Shown: piece by piece, positions 22,512 to 34,332 of the stretch
Numbering within the stretch: the stretch's first letter is position 1
Layout: every line of letters begins with the position of its first letter
Assembly (NCBI RefSeq): GCF_001194135.2
Contig: NC_069003.1
Span: 9,978,409 to 10,013,743 of the forward strand
Origin: Octopus bimaculoides
Taxonomy: Eukaryota
Length of the DNA: 35,335 nucleotides
Reading direction: 5' to 3'
The notes under the pieces: model-generated
Told to the model about the DNA's origin: nothing
The model's input: only the letters and a program-made list of their open reading frames with translations
The model's database searches: none
Made by a program: the position numbers and the translations under genes

Positions 22512-22652
22512 ATGTGTGTTTGTGTGTGTGTATGCATATACGTGTTTCTGTCTACACACACACACACACATTTGTTCATCTGTGCTAATTCCCTCCTTTC
22601 ATCTGCCAGTCTCACTTCTATTCTCCTTTGTCGTTTCCCACTCATTTTACAG

Positions 22653-22809
22653 GCTGTGATGATGCGAAGTAGCCAGCCACTTACTGGAACAAATGGACGC
22701 AGATGCAAAGATGATGAAAGACTTGTCAATGCAGTTTTAGGGATTGGTCGCCGTGGTTACATCCTTGATACCCGATCTCAGGGTCATGCCAAAGCAGCTC
22801 AGGCAAAAG
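22653..22809 (+). CDS. MTMR9: MTMR9 coding exon 5 (AVMMRSSQPL...AQAK)
   Basis: tttacag acceptor, GTAAGT donor; 157 nt, phase 0 to 1; RSSQPL and ILDTR motifs. Confidence 0.95.
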
Positions 22810-22989
22810 GTAAGTTTCTTTCTATGAACATCACTCACTCCCTATTATAATATTTAGCCCTGTAGCATTTTAACCAGTTATATCCGACCAAAGCATTCTA
22901 CCTGTTTTATGCTACAGCTGATCAGATTTTGCCTCTCACACCAACCCTACAATATCATTTAAAAACTTAACAGTTACTTCATTGGGCTG

Positions 22990-23258
22990 TGTGTTGTGTT
23001 CTTGAGCAAGATACTTTACTTCACGTTGCTCCAGTTCACTCAGCTGTAGGAATGAGTTGTGACATCACTGGTCCCAAGCTGTATTGACCTTTGTCTTTCC
23101 CTTGGATAACATTGATGGTGTGGAGAGGGAAGGCTGGTATGCATGGGCGACTGCTGGTCTTCCATAAAACAACCTTGCCCAAATTTGTGCCTCAGAGGGT
23201 AACTTTCTAGGTGTAATCTCATAGTCATTCACAGCTGAAGGGATCTTTACTTTTTACT
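22990..23258 (+). mobile_element. SINE copy (family of 8484-8816)
   Basis: Reverse-complement similarity by eye. Confidence 0.75.
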
Positions 23259-24107
23259 TCATCAAAATCACCGAGCTAAAAGATGATGCTTGGTTAATTC
23301 AAAATGATGTGAATAAATAAGAATTACTTTCGACAGAGTAATCTGAACACTAAAGAGTTGAACAGTTTCAGGGGGATCTGTAAGATGGACTGATTTTTGT
23401 TGTTGTTGCTGTTGTTTGTGTTGTCTACCCCTTATATTGTCCCAAGCATGACTTCAAACTGCATCTGGTTGTGGAACCACTTCTTAGCTATTGTTGTTCC
23501 CAGGTTTACGCTGACCTGGAGTAGCAGCACCTGTTAGAATCCCAGCTATGAGTTAATTAGCATTGAACCACTGGGAATAAAGGAGCCCTAGTTCTTATTA
23601 GAATGTACTCCTAGGAGAAGATAAACTCGTATTATAAAAACCTGAAGTATAGTTGGTTTCTGATCGTCTCAACCTCTGTTGTTCTACTGATGTTATAGGT
23701 ACTTGCTCTGAAAAGTGGTCTTAGTGTTGTGTAACATTTTATCCGTTCGAAACAAATTAATTCATGCACAGGAACTTCTTGGACTCTTGGAACGTTTCCA
23801 CAAACTTACCGAATTTGAGATATGGCCTTACTCGGTCATGTGTTGATTTCAACCATGCATGCACGCACGCGCGCGCACACACTCACACACACATAAGTCC
23901 AGGGTATGACTTCAAACTACATCTGGTTGTTGAACCCTGGTACAAGATCCTGGGTTTTGAGGAGTATGAAACCGTTTCTTAGCTACTATTGTTTCCAGAT
24001 CTGCTCTGGCCTTGAGTAGCAGCACCTATTAGGATCCCAGCTATGAGTTAATTAGCATTGAACCCTAGTTCTCATTAGAACTTCCTTCTAGAAAAAGATA
24101 ACTCATA

Positions 24108-24451
24108 GTTCTGTATTTAAGAGATGAGGAATTATATACATTATTTACATTTGAAGGATATTTGTCCTCATCTTGTTTGTTGTTAACACAACGTTTCAGC
24201 TGATATACCCTACATCCTTCATCAGGTGTCTTGGGGAAATTTCAAACCTGGGTTCTCATTCCTAAGGTATTTCTCGATGTTACTATTATTATTATTATTA
24301 TTATTATTCAGGTCACTGCCTGGAATTGAACTTGGAATCTTGGGGTTAGTAGCCCACACTCTTAACCACTACGCCATATGCCCATGGGCATATGGTGTTG
24401 TGTTAACAACAAACAATATGAAGACAAATATCCGTGAAATGTAAATAATGT
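24108..24451 (-). mobile_element. tRNA-headed SINE with hammerhead-like core and inverted partial tail copy; 14-bp TSD
   Basis: TSD aaagataactc(a/g)ta at 24094-24107 and 24452-24465; A box at 24366-76, B box at 24322-31; CTGATGA...GAAA at 24225-24194. Confidence 0.75.
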
Positions 24452-24600
24452 AAAGATAACTCGTATAAAAAAAAACCTGAAGTTTCATTGGTTTCTGGTC
24501 ATCTCAACCTCTCTTGTGCACTGGTGTTATAGGTAATTGTTTTGAAAAGCAACTTAAGTCCTTGTCATTTAACCCTGTTCTCTGTTTCTGTTGATTCCAG

Positions 24601-24705
24601 GTGGTGGATTTGAACCTGAAGCTCATTATAGCCAATGGAGAAGAATCAATCAAGCCATTGACAGAAAACATGCCCTCCATGATTCCATCATCAAACTGAT
24701 TGAAG
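24601..24705 (+). CDS. MTMR9: MTMR9 coding exon 6 (GGGFEPEAHY...KLIE)
   Basis: ttccag acceptor, GTAATC donor; 105 nt, phase 1 to 1. Confidence 0.95.
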
Positions 24706-24714
24706 GTAATCACT

Positions 24715-25020
24715 ATTATATCTCTCTATTTCTCTCTCTCTATCTCTCTGTTCTGTCTTTTTCTTTCTCCCTGTTGCTCTCTCCCTCTCTCTGTTACCCT
24801 CTATCTCTTGTTCTCTCTCTTTCTCTTGCTCACTCTCTTGTTCTCTTTCTCTCCCTCTATCTCTCACTCTTGTTCTTTCTCTTTCTTTTACTCTCTCTAT
24901 TTCTCTTATTCTCTCTCTCTCTTGCTCTCTTCTTGTTCTCTCTCTCTTACTCTTTCTCTCTCTCTCTCCCTCCCCCCTCTCTCTCTGCCTTTAGTAATGT
25001 TACTTTCTCTCTTTCTTATT
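24715..25020. repeat. CT-rich low-complexity tract
   Basis: Direct reading. Confidence 0.9.
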
Positions 25021-25561
25021 TAACTGTAATTAAGAAGCTTGTATTGTCACCATGTGGCATCAGGTTTAGTCCCACTCTGTGGAACTTTAGGTAAGTGCCA
25101 TCTACTATAACCCTGGGCCACCTTATGCCATGTGAGTTTTAGGAAAAAATGTGTTTGCATTAATAATTTCACACATACACACACACTTATATATGTGTGT
25201 GTGAAACCTTTAATCCAAACACATTTTTTTCTCTTTGTTTTCTTTTTTCTTTCTCTGTTTTCTTTCTTCGTTCTTTTCTGTCGAAGAGCATAGACTCAAA
25301 ACATTAAATACTTTTCCAGTTTTGCTGAACATCAAACTAATACACCTTGTTTATTGTTCTCTCACTTGTCTTTGTTTTTTGTACTTTGAAATACACACAC
25401 ACACACACACACACATATTCAGTAACAATAATAAATTTAATTTTTCTTTGACAATTTTTAGTTTTACCAATTTTTAATATATCACTCCTGTTTAAAACCT
25501 CTTACCTACTTGACAATTGCATTTCTATCTCTGCCTTGAAGGAAGCTTTATTTCTTGGACC

Positions 25562-25714
25562 CATATTTTTGTGCGCAACGATATTGTTAAACCTCTGTTA
25601 ACAGTACCGTATGCATGTCCTTTCCGTTTTCTTTCATGCACAGATAAATTTTTCACTCTAGACCTTAATGGTCGTAAAGACACTATATCAGTGGATAGAC
25701 TAAAAAAGGCCTTC
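25562..25714 (+). mobile_element. Ty3/Gypsy integrase C-terminal (GPY/F-region) relic in MTMR9 intron 6
   Basis: HIFVRNDIVKPLLTVPYACPFRFLSCTDKFFTLDLNGRKDTISVDRLKKAF fits the Gypsy pattern HVFVRxD..PL..PY.GPF.V....K.F.L...G...TVSIDRLK.AF. Confidence 0.8.
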
Positions 25715-26022
25715 GTAGAGAAAACTGTCCATGTTCCCACTGCAGACGACACACACACACAGCATTACAAACACGGTCTGCACACCCACTTTCACATTCC
25801 ATGACTACCGTTGGGATCAACCAGGTACTGAACAAGGATTCTGGATTATTTTTCTGGTTTTTTTAATTAATTTTTGAGAGCGGTCGGGTTCATTTTTAGT
25901 GTTTTCGTTTGTGAAAGTAGTCGAATTTATTTCAGATATTCTCATTTTAAAGATCATCTCTGGGTAATCATTGAGAGGACTTTGGTATTGCCTTGGCAGA
26001 GGTTTGTGCTCTCTGAATGCTC

Positions 26023-26054
<32 letters not shown>

Positions 26055-26137
26055 GATTGATTGATAAAATGTTAAACTTCTTTTTTAAAGATTCTATGTC
26101 TAGTATCTTCAATAAAGTTCTCCTTTTCCTTTCATAG

Positions 26138-26263
26138 CTTGTAATGATACAAGTACTTCCACAGACAAATGGTTGTCCAAATTAGATTCCAGCGGTTGGC
26201 TGAGTAACGTTAAAGATGTCATCAATGCTGCTTGTATGGTCGCCCAGTTTATCGATAAAGAAG
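26138..26263 (+). CDS. MTMR9: MTMR9 coding exon 7 (ACNDTS...FIDKE)
   Basis: ttcatag acceptor, GTAAAA donor; 126 nt; WLSKLDSSGWL motif. Confidence 0.95.
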
Positions 26264-27369
26264 GTAAAAACTATTATCTTACCTCTGTTTACTTTCTCTA
26301 TTTATTGTATCATATCTGCGTCACCCTATGCCCTTAAAACCTGTCCTGCAATTATAATTATAACTGTGTAACAAATTTTTATCTTTTTTTTTATGTCATT
26401 TGGTCAGTAAGTGTTCTTTCCTATTTGCTTCTCTCTAGAAATCAAAGGAAGTGACTACTATTCCCTTCAAATTTTGCTTTTGTGACCTGGACAGCAATGT
26501 TTTGAAACTGACCTTTTTCCCATTACATTTCATATAGATTCATTGCTGAAGCAGAAATATCGTTATAGCAAATATTCTGCTCAATACCAGAGATTTGCCT
26601 GTCAGTTGCTTGACCTTAATCTCTTAAGCATGTCCCTTAGTGACTGACTATAAGTGCATGTCTGATCATGAGCAGGAGTTGTGAGGGAGCATCATAGTCA
26701 TGTGTTGAGAGGGATTCTTTGGGTTTGAATAAATGTAACAAAAGCAAAGTTTGAAGGAAATATTAGTCATTTTCCATACTTTGTAGGGGGTCAACAAATA
26801 GGAAATAACCGTTACTACTTAAGGACAAAAATTGTGTTACATAGTGTCATTTCTTCAGCTACTCTAACTACATGCCAATTGCTTCTGTTAGGATCCTCTA
26901 GTGGACTCTGCCCCCATAACCCTCATTCTCTTTCTCTCCTCTCTTTTTGTCATGTAATAAACTCACTCTATCAATTCATATCTTCATTTGCTTTTCTTCT
27001 CCCTTCAAATACTATGGCCTGTACCTTTTATTTTATCATGTACCTCTCTAATTCCTTATCTCTATTGTACAACTCTATCTTTCTTCATACCTCTTCTCTT
27101 CTGTTATTGCTTGTGCCATCACTTTGTCTCTAACTCTTTTTTCCCATCTGTCTTTATATTTCTCTGCCTGCTTACCTGACTGCCAGTTTTGTTGGTATAC
27201 TAACTACTGGCTGTTTATTTTTCTATCTCTCTTTCCACCTATTTGTTTAACTTATATAATCCACTCCATTTATTAAACCTTTCTTTCTCTTTCCACATTT
27301 CTAAAATATGGTAAACAGATAGAATCCAACACAAAATATAAGTAAATAATTTTTAAAAAAAGAAGCTTT

Positions 27370-27830
27370 GAGATGTCATAGTTATAAGACATCATAGGCT
27401 GAAGATAACAGCTTTGAGGTATTATAGCATTAAGATTATCATAATATTAAAATGTCACAGCTTTGAGATTATCATGGCCTTAAGATATTTTAATATATCA
27501 TAACTCTAACATGTCACAAAGCTTTAAATTCTTCTGACCCAAAGATACAACCTTGAAATATTGTCTTAAGATGTCAACCTTAAGATTATCATGGCATTAA
27601 GATATCATAGCCTTGAGATTATCATGACCATAAGACATTATTGTCGTAAGATATAACTTTAACATGTCATAAAACCAAGAATTATCATAATCCAAAGATA
27701 TAGTAAACTTTAAATTTCCAGATCCAAATATGTCATAGATTTTATATGTCAGAGCTTTAAGATGTCAGTATCTTGAAATACTAAAATTCTAAGATATCCT
27801 CAATTTAAAACATCTGACCCTACAGATTAT
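27370..27830. repeat. Degenerate ~15-17-bp minisatellite (consensus about CCTTAAGATRTCATAG)
   Basis: Recurring ttaagat/ttgagat...tcata units throughout. Confidence 0.65.
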
Positions 27831-27888
27831 TGAAAAGTTTTCAATGTGTTATATGGTTATATTATTGTTCATTAATCTTTCTCTTCAG

Positions 27889-27991
27889 CTGCCTCCGTTT
27901 TGGTGCATGGCTCAGACGGTTTGGACACCACTCTGCAGGTCACTTCGTTGGCTCAACTACTACTGGACCATGACTGTCGTACAGTGAGAGG
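27889..27991 (+). CDS. MTMR9: MTMR9 coding exon 8 with degenerate phosphatase P-loop VHGSDGLDTT
   Basis: cttcag acceptor, GTTGGT donor; 103 nt, phase 1 to 2. Confidence 0.93.
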
Positions 27992-28117
27992 GTTGGTTAT
28001 CTTTTAATCTTTTATCTTTTAGTAGTTTTGGTCATTAGACTGCGGTCATGCTGGGGCACCACCTTGAAGAGTTTTTAGTTGAATGAATTGACTCCAGTAC
28101 ATTTTTATTAAGCCTAG

Positions 28118-28452
28118 GGTAAAGGGTAAAGACACCCTTTGGTCATGAATGACCATGGGATTGCACCTACAAAGTCTCTCTCTGAGGCACAAATCCAGGC
28201 AAGGTTGTTATGGAAGACCAGCAGTTGCCCATGCATTCTATTCGTCCCTCTCCATGCCCCTGATGTTATCCAAAAGAAAGGCAAACACTGGTACAGTTTG
28301 GCACCAGTGACAATGCAACTCATTTCTACAGGTGAGTGAACTGAAGCAACATGAAATAAAATGCCTTGCTCAAGAACACAACACACAGCTCGGTTTGGGA
28401 GTCGAACTCACTACCTCATGATTGCGAGCTTGATGCTCTAACCACTGAGCCA
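28118..28452 (-). mobile_element. SINE copy (family of 8484-8816)
   Basis: Direct sequence similarity by eye. Confidence 0.8.
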
Positions 28453-28807
28453 AATGGTCTGTTTTGCTGAACCACTAACTTATGGGGATATAAGCAAATC
28501 AATTCAGGTGGTAGGGGACAAATACAGACACAAAGATACACACACACATGCACACACACACACACACACACACATATGTATAAAACACACACACACACAT
28601 ATACACATATAAACACATACATAACATCATTGCCATCATCATCATCACCATTTAATGTCCTGTTTCATCTTACAAGTTTAATTACCTGAAAAATTATAAT
28701 CCCAGACGTTTAAACACTTCATCTTTTAATTCCTTGTGTTTAGCTAAAACCCGACAGTTTCCTGTCTCTCTCAGTGGTTCGTTAGATTATCTGTTTATAT
28801 TATGTAG

Positions 28808-28946
28808 GTTTGAGGCCCTTGTTGAACGAGAATGGTTGCAAGCTGGTCACCCATTTCAGGAAAGATGTGCCAAGTCTGCTTTTGCTATGACAAAACAACA
28901 CAAAGAGGCTCCTGTATTTCTGCTTTTCTTGGATTGTGTCTGGCAG
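28808..28946 (+). CDS. MTMR9: MTMR9 coding exon 9 ([16 protein letters not shown]...DCVWQ)
   Basis: tgtag acceptor, GTAAGA donor; 139 nt, phase 2 to 0. Confidence 0.95.
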
Positions 28947-29803
28947 GTAAGATAGAATATTGTATCTTTGTTGATTTTTTTCCCCTTAAGGTAGAAAGCC
29001 TTGAGGGATCCTTCCTTTACTCCGTTTCACAGTGTGGTCCTACCTGTTGGGAATCTAAACTGTACCTTGCGATAAAAAGGATGCATTCTACATATTATAA
29101 GTCAGTGATCCCCAATGTGTGGCAAATGCCCCACCAAGTGGGGCCTGGGAAAATTGTGGTGTGGTGTGGGATCCAAAATTTTTATCTTTGTTTTCAGTGG
29201 GACATGGAATTGTGAAAATCTCTCTCTCACAGCAGACATACTACACCTATTCTCAGCCTAGCCAAACCAATCCGTCCTGTGTGAAGACTGTTTGCTACAG
29301 TATAACAGTATTCTAATGTCCTAGTGTGGATATTTTTTAAAGGAAAGTTTATAATTATGAAATATTCTTTTCTACTCTAGGCACAAAACCTGAAATTTTT
29401 GGTGAGTGGTGGTGGTGGAAAGGGGTGGTGGCAGTCGATTAGATCAACTTCAGCACACAACTGGTATTTAATTTATCGACCCCGAAAGAATGAAAAGCAG
29501 ATTGACCTCAGCGGAATTTGAACTCTGAACATAAAGACAGACGAAATACCGCTAAGCATTTCACCTGGCGTGCTAAAAACAGACAGGTGTGAGAAGTGCA
29601 CTGAATAATAGACCAGCAGAAGGAGATGTTTTCCTTGGGTTGAATGGCAGTATTGTCATCTCTTGGAGGATAGCCACATTAAAGTGGCCATAGGCAATAC
29701 CAAAATAAAGTATGCCCCACCGGTGAGGCATACACTTTTCTGGAAGGTTATATAAGGGTTTGGGGTAAAGCAGATTGGGAAACACTGCTATAAATTTTCC
29801 TTG

Positions 29804-30003
29804 CTATCTGACCTGGACATACTGCAGCAATAGATTGCTGAAAGGCAACTCAAGATGGCTGTGGACAAGTGCACCTCTTGGAACTTTCCTACTTCCTTTG
29901 CAACACTAACCTTAAGAAGTTTGCTGGTGAATGTTACCTAGACATTATTGTCAATAATGATCTGTGTTGGATGAATTACATTTCTAAAATTGGCGAAAAA
30001 GCC
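29804..30003 (+). mobile_element. CR1/L2/Jockey-type LINE reverse-transcriptase C-terminal relic
   Basis: LSDLDILQQ*IAERQLKMAVDKC and, after a frameshift, YLDIIVNNDLCWMNYISKIGEKA resemble LQ.DLD.L..W..WQ..FN..KC and YLG..I...L.W..HI..I..KA. Confidence 0.6.
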
Positions 30004-30470
30004 TTTTTTCAGAAGCTCACTGGCTATCTATGGCTATGGTATGTCCGCACATACAGTTTGTGTCTCCTTCAATCAGGAATCCCTATCTTGTTAAAACAGT
30101 GATGGGGCACAAACACAGACATAAAGACACAAACACACACACACACATGTATGCAATGGGCTTCTTTCAATTTCTGTCTACTGAATCTACTCACAAGGCT
30201 TTGGTCAGCACGAGTGGGACTGAACCTGGAACCATGTTGTTGAAAAGCAAACTTCTTACCACACAGCCACACCTGAACCTACATTTGCCAACAATATAGA
30301 TTTGTATGCTTTTGTGCACCATGCATCCAAATGAGAAGATCTCTCAATGCAAATACCGCAGTTTGCGGCGTTCTAACAAAATACCCACTTTGAGTTGGAT
30401 ATAAAGATTGCCTTTTGGTATTTATACTGCTTCTGTCCCTAAATGATTATAATTTCTTTATGTGTTATAG

Positions 30471-30555
30471 ATATGGCAACAATTTCCATGCTCTTTTGAA
30501 TTCAATGAAGATTTCCTCCTGCTGTTATTTCAGCATGCTTATGCTTCACAGTTCG
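30471..30555 (+). CDS. MTMR9: MTMR9 coding exon 10 (IWQQFPCSFEFNE...ASQF)
   Basis: ttatag acceptor, GTGAGT donor; 85 nt, phase 0 to 1. Confidence 0.95.
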
Positions 30556-31544
30556 GTGAGTAAAGCAGTTAATTTATATTCACTCAAATTATTATTCACA
30601 AATTAGTATTAATGTATTGAGTATTAAAAAAGGCAGTATTAAATTAAAATAGTCTTCTATGTATCTTAATGTATATACACTGCTGATAGGCCAGTGACTG
30701 CAGTATTTATCCTGATATAACATCTCTTATAGATTTGCTATTGCGTTTTTATCACAGCATGTCTATAAGAAGTGTTACCCTCAGGATAGATACTGCTGTA
30801 GCTGGCCTGGCAACAGTGTATATACATTAAGCATTATGCATGGATGATCATTGTATTGTGATTGCTCTACTCCTCAGTTAACTCTAAATGTTTTCCCCAC
30901 TCTACTTTTAAAACAAAAATTGCATATCTGATATTTCTTCGATTAGAATAGTGATTAATCCTTTAGCGTTTAAACCGGCCAAATCTGGCTCAAATATTTT
31001 ACATGTTTAACATTCTGAAAATAAGCAATCGCATCATTGTAGCTTTGAGATTTCAATGATGTGATTGTCTATTTTTAGAACAACATTGCAGGGTAGGTAT
31101 GAGAGATCAGATATAGATGATTGAACTCTTTAGCATTCAGATTACTCTGTCAAATGTACTGCTTATTTTTCTCATTGTTTTGAATTAATCATCATTACCT
31201 CATTAGCTTTGTGATTTTGATGGTGTGAGTGTGTATTTTTAGATTGACATTGCAGGGTAGATATGAAAGGTCATATCTAGTCAGTTTGAGCATAAAACAG
31301 ATAGAATATTTGGGACGGATATGGCCAGTTTAGTAACGAGAAAATTCTTTTATTAAATACACCATTATTATTTTTCTCAAAATTCATTGAAACAATGGCA
31401 GTCTATTTTAACAGAAATAGGACAACAAAAGTGTTAATGGTTAATGTGAATGTCATCTTGGTGAATTATTCTTATTTTCATATTTGAATTATTTTTGACA
31501 ACTTTTGACAATGCATTACATTTTCTCTTGTTTCTCTCCTCAAG

Positions 31545-31614
31545 GGACATTCTTGTGCAATAATGAGTTTGAAAGGAAGAACCATGAACTTGTAACAAAA
31601 ACTGTATCATTATG
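31545..31614 (+). CDS. MTMR9: MTMR9 coding exon 11 (GTFLCNNE...TVSLW)
   Basis: ctcaag acceptor, GTAAGT donor; 70 nt, phase 1 to 2. Confidence 0.95.
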
Positions 31615-31815
31615 GTAAGTCAAGTGGTGTCTTCACAATGCAGCACAACACAACACACATTCACATGCATGTGTACAGGCACACACATGCACACTCTCTC
31701 TCCTGTTGCCAACACTCACCTATTTCTAATCAAGCTAATTTTTCCCACATGACCAGACATGTTTTCCATGGAAGACCAGAAATGATAATATGCATTTACA
31801 AGTAACATATATGTA

Positions 31816-31847
<32 letters not shown>

Positions 31848-32849
31848 TAAAAATAAATACAAAAAAAGGGTTTTGTATGATCGTGTATAGAGGAATATAT
31901 TATTTTATTGAAAAGAGTTCTAACTCTGTCTGTTTTTTATGTTTTATTTATATTCTTGTAAAATTAATGTGGGATATAGAATATGGAATATATAATATAT
32001 AATATAAAAATGGATGGTACAATGAAATGAAGTATTGAATGTCTTATTGAATATATGGAATATGTCTTATTGAATATATGAAATATTGAGTGTTCAATAT
32101 AAAGGATTAAATATATAAAGGCANNNNNNNNNNNNNNNNNNNNNNNNNNNNNNNNNNNNNNNNNNNNNNNNNNNNNNNNNNNNNNNNNNNNNNNNNNNNN
32201 NNNNNNNNNNNNNNNNNNNNNNNNNNNNNNNNNNNNNNNNNNNNNNNNNNNNNNNNNNNNNNNNNNNNNNNNNNNNNNNNNNNNNNNNNNNNNNNNNNNN
32301 NNNNNNNNNNNNNNNNNNNNNNNNNNNNNNNNNNNNNNNNNNNNNNNNNNNNNNNNNNNNNNNNGAGAAATTTTTTTGTGTTTTGGTTATAGGGATAAGA
32401 TTTTTAAACCCCAGTAGGTGTTTGGCTATTTTTAGAAATGATGCCAAATTTATTTTTAGAAATGATGACATTTGAGAGATTTTTTGTGTTTTAGTTATAG
32501 GGATAAGATTTTTAAACCCCAAGTAAGATAAATTTAATCATTGTTTGTTAAGAGTGGGTTTGAATTTCTTAATAAAGTCCTTTTCTTTGCATTTTCTCTC
32601 AATTTCATTCCGGTTGTAACATACACATACACACACAACAATGGGCTTCTTTCAGTTTCCATCAACTAAATCCATTCATAAGATTTCGGTCAATCTGGGG
32701 TACAGTAGAAGACACTAGCCAAGTGTGTTGCGCAGTGGGACTGAACTCAAGACCGCATGGTCGGGAAGCAGAATTCTTAACCAGACAACCACATCTGCAC
32801 CTTATGTTGACCACTATTGATATATCTTTCTTTGGTTTTTTCCTTCTAG

Positions 32850-32949
32850 GTCCTATGTCAACCGACCTGAAGTTATCCAGACATACATGAATCCTATGTA
32901 CGAACCAAACCAAGGTGTACTTTGGCCATCTGTTGCTCCACAAAGTTTG
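32850..32949 (+). CDS. MTMR9: MTMR9 coding exon 12 (SYVNRP...WPSVAPQSL)
   Basis: ttctag acceptor, GTAAGT donor; 100 nt, phase 2 to 0. Confidence 0.95.
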
Positions 32950-34332
32950 GTAAGTAGCACCATTATCAATTCAAATTATGTTTCCTAGTTGTCATTTCCT
33001 AGTATGTGGAGGTACGGCATTCCATTGGTTACAACGACGAGGGTTCCTGTTTCGTTCTGTCAACAGAACAGCCTGCTCTTGAAATTAATGTGCAAGTGGT
33101 TGAGCATTCCACAGACATGTGTACACTTTATGCAATTTTCAGGGAGATTCAGTGTGACACAGAGTATGATAAGGCCGGCCCTTTGAAATACAGGAATACA
33201 GGTACTACTCATTTTTGCTAGATGAGTAGACTGGAGCAATGAGTGATAAAGTGCCTTGCTCAAGGACACACCATGCCACTGGAAATCAAACTCACAACTT
33301 TATGATCATGAACCAAATGCCGTAACCACTAAGCCATGTGCCTTGTAAGGGTATATGGCTTAGTGAATTGAGTGTTTCACTCACAATTGTAAAATTGTGG
33401 TTTCAATTCCCAGACCGGGTAGTGTGTTGGGTTCTTGAGCAAAACATTTCATTTCATGTTACTCCAGTCCACTCAGCTGTAAATGAACCCCAGCAATGGC
33501 CAAGAAGTTGGCCCTCTGACTGGCTGGGGTCCCATTCAGAGGATAGTTTTGTAATCTCAGTCACTGGAAACCAAGCTAATCTCCAGCCTTATGAGTTTCA
33601 GGACTCATGGCAGATGCTAAGTCTGAGTCTACGAGAATTGTAGACGTTTTATTTTATTCTAATCTTGTTTCAATCATTGGACTTTGGCCATGCTGGGGCA
33701 CTACTTTGAAGTGTTAAGTCGAACAAAACAACCCGTCTTTTTTTTTTTAAAAAGCTTGGTAGTTATCCTATTGGTCACTTTTTGCTGAACTGCTTACATG
33801 CAGGGGTGTAAACAAACCAACACTAGTTGTCAAGCAGTGGTAGGGGAAAAACAGTTATTTTATGTAATTCTTAATTAATTTTTAAAAATTCAGAGTAATG
33901 AAAGTAACAGAAATATAGCAACAAAACGGTCAAAGTGATCTAACATCAAAATTTCGTGTTAATTTATTATCCAAACTACAATTTTATATGACAGTTATTC
34001 TAGTTAGTTCTTCATTATTTTCAAAATTAATTAAAAATTCCAAGTAGTGTGTTACAACAAATATAGTATCAATGTGAAGCTGAACTAATTTTAAATCTGC
34101 CGTCAGAATTTCATGTTAATTTATAATCCCAAAACACAATATGACAATTTTTTTACTTAATTCTTTATTATTTTGCAAATTAATTTTTAAAACTCAAAGT
34201 AGTGTGTTGCAACAGAAATGGAGTAACAAAACAGTTAAGTCCATAAAGTAAAACTAAACAAATCACAATTTTTTAAAACTAAACCTGCTTATCATTCCCT
34301 TTCTTTCTCTCTCTATCTATCTATCTATCTAG

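Noticed and set aside
24591-25094. 167-aa ORF extending exon 6 into a hydrophobic L/S/F-rich tail
   Set aside because: Read-through past the GTAATC donor into a CT tract; splicing to exon 7 restores the MTMR9 sequence.
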